DNA of 59,742 nucleotides from Coniocarpon cinnabarinum (Eukaryota): NCBI GenBank assembly GCA_051942205.1, contig JAVECO010000149.1, positions 1 to 59,742 of the forward strand, read 5' to 3'. Shown piece by piece: positions 51,446 to 59,742 of this stretch (position 1 is its first letter; each line of letters starts with the position of its first letter). The notes under the pieces were generated by a model. It saw only the letters and a program-made list of their open reading frames with translations, ran no database searches and was not told where the DNA came from. The position numbers and the translations under genes were made by a program.

Positions 51446-53154
51446 ATGAACGCCACCACGACCTTTCAGCAACCTCTGAGCAGTGCCTCAGCTGGCGCTG
51501 CTGTCGTAACTCAGAAGACAATTGGACTGGTGCAGCAGATCTCCGGGGGTCTGAGTGCATGGACCATTGTCTTCACTCTCCTATTGGCTGCCGTAGTGTA
51601 CGATCAAGGTACGAGCTTTGACATGCCTCTGTCCCGTACCAGCCGCTGACGCGAAACTCAGTCAAGTACATCGTCAATAAAGGCTCAATTGCCGGCACAA
51701 CCTTTAAGATACCATTCATTGGACCATTCCTGGAATCCCTATACCCAAAGTTTGAAGCATACCACGCAAAATGGATGAGTGGTGCATTGAGCTGTGTCTC
51801 CGTCTTCCACAAGTGAGCGACCACTACGACGTATACGAGCTATATTCTAACACTGAACAGGTTCGTCGTCATCGCTTCCACCCGTGACATGGCGCGCAAG
51901 GTGTTTAATTCGCCAACGTTTGTGAAACCATGCGTCGTCGACATTGCGCACAAACTTCTGCGGCCAAACAACTGGGTGTTCCTGGATGGGAAAGCGCACG
52001 TTGAATATCGAAAAGGCCTCAATGGTTTGTTCACACGCCAGGCTCTCGATCTGTACCTCCCACGTCAAAATGAAGTGTACAACAGCTACTTCCAAAAGTT
52101 TGTCGACTTCTCACAGAAGGAGAACGGTGGAAAGCCAATACCTTTCATGCCTTACTTTCGCGAGCTCATGTGCGCCGTGAGCTGCAGAGTCTTTGTTGGA
52201 TATTACATGCCCGATGAAGCGATGAAAAAGATCTCAGATGACTACTATCAAATCACTGCTGCGCTGGACCTCGTCAACTTCCCCTTCATTATACCCTTTA
52301 CGAGGACTTGGTACGGGAAGAAAGCTGCCGACATGGTTCTGGCCGAGTTTGCCAAATGCGCTGCGAAGTCAAAGGTTCGCATGGCTGCAGGTGGCTCGGT
52401 CGGATGCATTCTGGATGGTTGGGTCAAAAACATGCTAGATAGTCGCGCGTATCGTGAGAAGCTGGAGAAAGGTATCCCGAAGGAAGAGATTGAAGACAAA
52501 CCGGACATGGTTCTCCGAGAATTCAACGATGAAGAGATCTCCATGACACTTTTTACTTTCCTCTTCGCAAGCCAGGACGCAACCAGCAGCGCGTGTACAT
52601 GGCTCTTTCAATTCATGGCTGACCGACCTGACCTTCTCGACAAGCTCCGTGAGGAAAACCTACGAGTCCGCGAGGGAGACATTGGACACCCGCTGAGCGT
52701 CGACCTACTTGAAAAGCTGACATTCACGCGCGCCGTTGTCAAAGAGACTTTGCGGATGAGACCACCCGTTCTGATGGTTCCCTACTTGGTCAAGCGAGAT
52801 TATCCCATTACCGACACATACACGGTGCCCAAAGGCTCAATGGTGGTGCCGACCACATATCCTGCCCTGCACGATCCTGAGGCCTATCCCAACCCAGAGC
52901 ACTTTGACCCAGAGAGATGGATCAGTGGGACAGCAGAGCAACAGACGAAGAACTGGCTCGTCTTTGGCACGGGTCCTCACTACTGCCTGGGTCAAAATTA
53001 TGCGATCCTGAATCTCATGGCATTGATTGGGAAGGCGAGCCTGGAGCTTGACTGGACGCACTACCCAACTGAACTGAGTGACAAGATCAAGGTGTTTGCA
53101 ACAATATTTCCGCAGGACGACTGCTTCTTGACATTCCAAAAGCGATCTGCATAA
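51446..53154 (+). CDS. ERG5: Sterol C-22 desaturase, cytochrome P450 CYP61
   Basis: Exons 51446-51608, 51662-51812, 51861-53154. CVSVFHKFVVIASTRD, FLFASQDATSS, ETLR and FGTGPHYCLG heme ligand. Confidence 0.97.
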
Positions 53155-53722
53155 GGGAAGATACCTCCAGGCGCAGCATTGTCAAGCTGTGCCTGTTATT
53201 TTGAGATTGCAGGGTTAATCAACATAGCTTGTATGTACTCGTTTCGAGATCAAATAGGAAATAGACGGTGGTTTTTTATGGTCAAGGAACCAGCATCCCA
53301 AGAGCATCTATGTGGTTCGCGACTTCTTGATGTTACGTGTCTCAACAATGGAATTCAGCCTGCAAATGAAATGCTCTCGCCAGATATCTCGTTGAACTTC
53401 TTCTGAACCTCCAAAGCCCATCAATTCAAGGGCACCGTATGCCATACCCGGCCAAACCTATCCGAACTATCCATCTTTACGTCCTCCTAATAACGCCGAA
53501 TTTGTTCTTCTATTCGCTTCTATATTTCAAGCCTTGGCAACGGACTCAATATCTTAAAGGATATTCCTCGACACCTGAGAACTCTGAAGTGAAACGAGAC
53601 ACGAGAGGCCACACGGGAAGTGAAGACCCTGAGGGACAATGACGTAGTTCCTCAAGCTCCGGATGATCTTCTGAGGACAGGAGCTTTCTAATACATTCTC
53701 TGCGTAATATCACAGCACCACA

Positions 53723-54383
53723 ATGGCATCCAGAGCTGCTGTAAGACCTGTGTATCAGTTCACTGGTCATTTGCGACATTTGAAGCTTCGACCCGTCAGA
53801 ACCACAGCACAATCTGCCAACCAACGGCAGCTATTTCCACCCAGAATCAACCCTACATTAAGTCAGATTGCTCAAAGTAGAGCACACTCGAGCGCTCCAT
53901 CCTATTCAAAAGTGTACGACTACGAACAAGTATGACTACCATCAGCTTGAGCTTCCCGAAACTGGCTCACGGCGGTCAATATCAGGTCAAGCAACTCTCA
54001 GACACCACTTCCCCAGATCGAATCCTAATCGGTACGTCAAAAACCGCCACCATCATCCACACTTTCCCCCAATTCCTAACACATCGGCTCCAGACGTCCG
54101 CGAACCAGCCGAAGTCGAAGCCGGGCGCATCCCCACCGCAATCAACATCCCCATCTCCTCCCAGCCGGACGCTCTCATGCTCCCACCCGAAGAGTTCGAA
54201 GACCGCTTTGGCTTCGAGAAGCCGAGTGCCAACAAGGAAGTTATCTTTTATTGCAAGGCGGGTGTGAGGAGTAGTGCGGCTGCAAAACTAGCGAGTCAGA
54301 GTGGGTTCACTAAGATTGGGGAGTATAGGGGGAGTTGGTTGGATTGGAATAGGAATGGAGGGAAGGTTGAGCGTGGGAGTTGA
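53723..54383 (+). CDS. Mitochondrial single-domain rhodanese / thiosulfate sulfurtransferase (RDL1/2-like)
   Basis: Exons 53723-53929, 53986-54031, 54094-54383. Presequence, LIDVREP, GRIPTAINIP, FYCKAGVRS active loop and YRGSWLDW. Confidence 0.92.
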
Positions 54384-55144
54384 ACTGGTGATGAAACTGG
54401 ACGACGACAGGATTTGCGGCTTTTGGCGACGGAGGAGCTCTGGAACGCTCGGTTACAGCCGCTTTCGCTTTGAATGCGGCCTGGTCATCTGTGACTTTGC
54501 CGTGCAGAGATGTCAACTCCAAGGTATGGTTTCGGATCTCGTCACCGATCAGACACTCATCTGGTGACAATCTCAGCTGTCCCGCCACAGCCAGTATCTC
54601 ACATTCGTGAGCTGCCAAACGAACATGGTCTTCTACGAGGCGAATCCGTACCACCGCCCATAAACGCAGACGGGTGACCGCTGGAGTTTGCGCGGCGACC
54701 GGATCAGAGCTCGTCCGCGGATGGGGAACGTCGAAGCAGCGTCCACCTTGGGCTCGCACATGAGCATCCCTCGCTCCTGAGAGAGGCGAACTTCCGGGGC
54801 CTCGACAGCAGACGGAAAACACGAAGCTTGAAGCGATGAGGTTGCCATCAGGTCTGAAGCCCAGCGCGTATTTATCAAGCAAAAGTACAGCCCGCATGAT
54901 CGGTCATGACCACTTCTACCAGACGTAAAAACTCTTACGTGCTTACGTCCCACTCCTGGTAAATGGCGAGGTCCCAAAATCAGTTGCAGCAGTGCTCTCG
55001 ACGAGCCCTGGGCCCACTTCCATATACTGCTTTCATCTTAACACTCGACTCTTTCTCGTCCCTCTCTCACCTATCTTGAAGAATTGATCCCGAGTTTGCT
55101 CTCCCAGGGCGGCGCGTTACTCCAGCACTTCAAGCTTGTCTCTT

Positions 55145-55335
55145 CCCAATATTAGAGTAATAAAGACTAAATTTATAAATTATTTTTCTTAGTTTTATAA
55201 ACTTAGGGATTTTTTCCCGCTACGTCGTAGTCATGCATCTTCTTAGCACATCCTCAATCTTATTTATACTCGCGTTTTATTATTTGTTTAAGAAATATTA
55301 AAAAATTAGTACTACTCTCTTTGGTCTTAGAGATG
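55145..55335. other. Short AT-rich RIP-like patch
   Basis: Local TpA-rich, low-GC stretch embedded in otherwise GC-balanced sequence. Confidence 0.55.
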
Positions 55336-55655
55336 CGATTTGCTCTTCCAGAGCACAGCAACACTCCAGCGCAGATCTTCTACGAGGCGTGCCGAGCAAC
55401 TACCGTTCTCCTAACTCAAGAGATTTTCAGGAAGATCTGAGGCGACACGGTCTCGAGTCTACTTGCATAATAGAAGACGCTACTTTCGCTCAGCTTAGCT
55501 CAGCTCAAGGCAGCAGTCCTTCCTTGCTGTTCACTTCTGAGGTATTTGGTAGTATTGCGTGTACAGGTAAAGCGGTATCCTCATCTGATGATTCAATCTG
55601 TGAAGGTAATCTGTACGCCCTATGCATCCGATGCTCTATTCGCACATCTAAGCCA

Positions 55656-56555
55656 TCACTGCTTCGTCGCTTCCTCTTCAACATCACTCCACTCACTCGA
55701 ACCCTCACTCACCGCATCTTCCCTTCCCGCCGTCTGACTCCGCGCCTCATCGCCCTCCTCCACCTCCTCGAAATCCACGAACTCTCCGCCAGTGCTACTA
55801 GTTGGCGTCATCATCCCGCTGTGAGGCGTCCAAACACCGGCATCGCTCTCCGTCGGCGTCATGACCACGTCTTCATCGATCGATTCTTCACTGGGTGCAC
55901 TGACGACGCTCATGCTGGCATCGTCTGCGTCGATTGTTGAGGTGGATGAGGCGGATGTGGTTGGTGTCAGTATGGCGTGTTCTCGTGCTGCATCGAGGAA
56001 CTGTCCTTGTGCTGATCGCAACGTCTCGGTGCTCGACGGACTGCGTAGGGCATGCGTTTCGCTGTCACCTTGGCCTTCAGACTCGTGTTCGAGCACGGCT
56101 TCTGATGCCATTGCTTCCCTTGCAATCTTCTCTGGATCCAGGGACGTCTCGTGCAAACTACGTCGTCTTCTCAATCCCTCGTTCCCTTCCACACCCGTCG
56201 CTCTCTTGACCTCTGCTTCATCCCACCCCTGTCTCTCATCTCGCCTGTTGCACTCGCCACTCCGGCTACCATCGCTTCTTCTTCTGCGTCCGCGTCGCCA
56301 AGGTCCAGCACCAACACCTTCCCACTGTCCAGCTCGAGAACCCATGGGTGCTTCTCGACGACGTGAGGCGTGATTCTCAATGTCATCGCGCAGCTCGCGA
56401 ATCTCTTCTTTCAATCCGACCCATGCCGCGGAGGCACGGCCGGAGACATCGTCGGCCCAGTGTCTGAAGGGCTCGTGGTGTTCGTAGAGTAACGTGCCCG
56501 TAGCCGCAGCGGCGGTGGTGAGGAGGATGCCTGCGCGGAGGGCGGGAAGCGCCAT
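55656..56555 (-). CDS. Fungal hypothetical protein, N-terminal membrane anchor + acidic disordered tail
   Basis: Start MALPALRAGILLTTAAAATGTLLYE...FRHWADD; long ORF with an S/E/D-rich C-terminus. Confidence 0.7.
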   Translation of the reverse strand: MALPALRAGILLTTAAAATGTLLYEHHEPFRHWADDVSGRASAAWVGLKEEIRELRDDIENHASRRREAPMGSRAGQWEGVGAGPWRRGRRRRSDGSRSGECNRRDERQGWDEAEVKRATGVEGNEGLRRRRSLHETSLDPEKIAREAMASEAVLEHESEGQGDSETHALRSPSSTETLRSAQGQFLDAAREHAILTPTTSASSTSTIDADDASMSVVSAPSEESIDEDVVMTPTESDAGVWTPHSGMMTPTSSTGGEFVDFEEVEEGDEARSQTAGREDAVSEGSSEWSDVEEEATKQ

Positions 56556-57368
56556 GTCGAGGTCACGAGGGATGCAGACGTTCAAGTATAGGCTGGTTTT
56601 GAGAAGTGCGTGTGGCCGTTGCGCGGTTGAAGTTTAGTGGATTCAATAGTGAGTGAAAGGCGGCGGATGTGGGGTTCTACCTCGAGGTTGAGTGGCGTGC
56701 CGAGTTGGGGAAGTGCAGGTGTGGAGAGGTCGACTCTGTAGGTCCGAGCGAGAAGAAGGTTGAGCCCAAAGGCTCGCAGCTTTTCGAGATGTATCTGAGC
56801 CGCTTAGCTTCGTATTGAAGAGGTGACGCTGTCAAATCGATGCAATAGGCAGGAGTGCAAGGTGGCGGCTGCCTGCACTGATACAATGTCGTATGCACGT
56901 CCCACGAGGAGCCTGTGCAAGCTGTCCACGGCGAACAGGGCTTCGCTAGAGAGGTGTAGTATGGAGAGGACACGAGGAGAATGTTCTTGATGACGCTGGT
57001 GAAAGCGGCAGCCTTGAGGCTATGCGGGAGTGTTGGCGGTGGCGGAAGTGTAGAGTTGAAGATTAGGTTTTGGGACCACGGCATTCGCGTAGTGATGCCC
57101 ACGTGTTACCGCTTTGAGCATGACAGTATGACGTACTTCACGCCAGATTCTGGGCAGGTTTAGACAACCAAACACTTTTTGTGACGTGAAGATGATATAT
57201 GTTCCCCAACGATATGTTATTCTTGAGTAGCATAATACATCGCGTACTCAGAGTTCCTGGGCAATCTTTGCACAATTCGCCACTTCCCTGGTATGTGTAT
57301 AGAGCATCTGGTGCGACTCAAGCTGTCGCCATTCCTACATCTATGATACTCGTGAACACCCGACAACC

Positions 57369-58283
57369 ATGGCAGATCCAGAAGCGAACGAGACGGATGA
57401 TGCAGAGCGCATCAACTTACTTAATTTACCCACTGAGCTGATACAGATGATTGTTGACAATTGTCTACCGAATTGTGATGAATCTGTCTCGAGTACTCCT
57501 CAAGATAAAGGCGAACAACATGCCAGTGCCCTTGCCCTGCGGTTCACCTGTCACAAATTGCGCCAGGTGACCGGCCACTCACTGGAAAGCATTTCACCAG
57601 TGATAGGAACTCTCGTAAAAGGACACCGTCGAAAACCCGCGACCTTGAAGCCTGACAATAGGTCTATGCTAATCAGGCTTCTCCTGCGCCTCGAGGAGTG
57701 GGACATGTATAGTGTCCCGTTGCCTCAAGTCTTGAGAGGACGAGCGCAGCAGAAAGAAGGGACGCCAGCTCCACGCCTTGATCTGGAAGCGCATCCCCGG
57801 AGCAGACCGTGGGCGACTCAATTGGGACCTACATCATTGCACGCCTGCCACATATGCCTTCGCCTGCGTCCATCGTCTTGCTTTATGACCTCTCAAGTCA
57901 CAGGGAAGAAAGCCAAGCTGCGTGATGGATTGAGCGCTCCAAGTAGTCCTCACGATGTTCACCAACATTTCACGGAGACTAGCAGGCGCTTCTGCATCGA
58001 CTGTGCGCTCGAAGCTTGCTTGGCCCTGCCGAAAACCATCACGTGGGTTGAGAATTGGGATAGTGAGCTGGCTACAGCAGCGTCAACATCCAAACATGCT
58101 GTGCTGGCTACTGGCTTTGTGTGCCAGAGGTGGACCTGCAAAAGCTTCGTCAAGGTCGAGATCGGAGGGGTTCCGGAGGACGTCGACAAAGGTGTACAGA
58201 GTCAGGAGTTTCTCAAGAAGACGTGCACGAGATGCCTGGACTACAGGAAGCCCCTTTCAAGGCATCCTCGGGCGCAGAAGTGA
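57369..58283 (+). CDS. F-box protein with Cys-rich (CxxC) C-terminal region
   Basis: LLNLPTELIQMIVDNC...LALRFTCHKLR F-box pattern, then ACHICLRLRP, RRFCIDC, CQRWTC and CTRC zinc-binding-like pairs. Confidence 0.75.
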   Translation: MADPEANETDDAERINLLNLPTELIQMIVDNCLPNCDESVSSTPQDKGEQHASALALRFTCHKLRQVTGHSLESISPVIGTLVKGHRRKPATLKPDNRSMLIRLLLRLEEWDMYSVPLPQVLRGRAQQKEGTPAPRLDLEAHPRSRPWATQLGPTSLHACHICLRLRPSSCFMTSQVTGKKAKLRDGLSAPSSPHDVHQHFTETSRRFCIDCALEACLALPKTITWVENWDSELATAASTSKHAVLATGFVCQRWTCKSFVKVEIGGVPEDVDKGVQSQEFLKKTCTRCLDYRKPLSRHPRAQK

Positions 58284-59742
58284 GGGGCAGCAGTGTGGGA
58301 AAGCCGCTCTCGCGGTGTCCTCAGTCGCAACAGTGAGGGGCAGCAGTCTGCATGTTGACTCGACGATGCCCGCGATCACTCGACCGCAGGCCTGTGAACC
58401 CACGGGCCGATGAGGCTTTTTCGAGACGTCGAGGGCTAGAAATCCTTCCAGGCTTGGAAACGTGTTGGAGCAACGAAGAAATACCGCAATGTGATGGCTG
58501 TCAATGCATGGGCAGACAGGTGGAGGGGTGGAGTCTGGGGAACCCCACGCCGAACGCGCAGAGTGCAGAGATCGGACTGCAGCAGTGGAGGAGTTGCTGC
58601 GTCACTGGCGGCTCGCGCCAGACCGAGACGTGTCACTTGCAGCTGCATCTGGCAGGCTGTGGGCAGCTTGCAGGAAGTCGAGCAGAGCACGCCAGAGGCT
58701 GGTACGACGGCGTTTCAGATGCGTGGATACAGCCCGCAGGCGCTGTGCGTGAGGCGTGTCTCCGAATCAGATGCTGGACCTACGTTGCAAGATCAGTCTG
58801 ATCGTCGGATGATTGTGCAGCACATCACCACTCCCTGGCGGGTGACGGGTGGCGGCAATCAGTTATCAGGAAAAGGCTGCCCTGGTTCAGGACCAACCCT
58901 GTCTTGACAGCTGGGCGAGATTGGGCTTAGAGCAGTCGCGCCACGAGTCAATCAGGGCTATGGCTTCTAGAAGGGGGGCTCGATGGGGCAGGACGTGAGA
59001 CGCTTGTGGCAGCCCGCCGATGATCTCATTTTACGCCCTGGGAGGGCAAGGCCAATGAGAATGCGAGGGAATGGACCACAGAGGCGGATCTTGCTCAGTG
59101 CTCAGGATGGTTGAGCACGCCGTCACGCCGTGGGACGACGCCATTGCAGGTGTGGTGGTCAGCGCAGGCGTGGGCTTGCCGACGGGATCTGGTAGATAGA
59201 TGCCTTTGTTGAACCGCATGACATGAGGCCAAGCGAAGACCAGAAGATCTGGAGAGCCGTGGAGCCGGACCACGCGTCGAGAGCGTGAGCCACGAGTGTG
59301 TGCGTTCAAGAAGGAGGAGCTGCCGATGTACCTGTGTAGGTACTTTCGTACAGCGTAAGGTGTTTGGAAGGCACGTGCAGGGCAGGCTTGGCGGCAACAG
59401 AGGACGCGCGGCCCTGGGAGGGACCGTGCACGGCGACAATGTCTATGGGCGATTTTGGGCCAGGGGAGGAGGAGAAACAACAGACGGCGATGGCAAGCGA
59501 CAGTCTGCGCCAGGCCTAACGCGCCCGACCGTCCGCCCGTGGCTGCTGCAGCTTTCTCTTTCTTCTGCCACCTGCCAGCTACGTGACTACGTGAGGATGT
59601 CGACCAAGCCTTCAGCCCATCCGCGCAATCCTGCCCGTCCATCTGTGTGAGCATCATTTCCCTCACTCGCCATCCAGCTGGCCCCCCGATACCACGCCCT
59701 CGTCCAATCTCCACCCCAACCTCCCCTGAGGTTCTTCCACTC

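Noticed and set aside
58352..59742. Overlapping GC-rich ORFs at the right end
   Set aside because: No protein-like motif; more likely promoter or UTR of a gene outside the window.

Overview
Fungal (filamentous ascomycete, probably Dothideomycete-like) nuclear DNA, gene-dense, with short GT-AG introns carrying CTRAY branch points. Conserved housekeeping genes: MCM3, an STL1-like sugar porter, SEC5, IDH2, an LSH/IRC5 SNF2 remodeller, a FAM214/Atos-like gene, FYV7, END3, ERG5/CYP61, a rhodanese and an initiator tRNA-Met. Between them lie accessory islands, and the left end is an AT-rich RIP-like block that leaks into an adjacent reading frame. Four things stand out once exons are spliced by hand. 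(1) Two divergent paralogous BAH-like nuclear proteins at 45.6-49.0 kb share an intron position (GC-AG in one copy) and flank a small F-box-like ORF. (2) A 3-exon secreted Cys-rich protein with an aerolysin/ETX-MTX2-like beta-hairpin pattern lies tail-to-tail with a HeLo-like/NACHT/ankyrin NLR. (3) A two-TM orphan protein ends in a HET-s-related amyloid motif (HRAM)-like segment. (4) MCM3 has a 5-nt micro-exon. All family calls are by motif recognition only; no searches were run.
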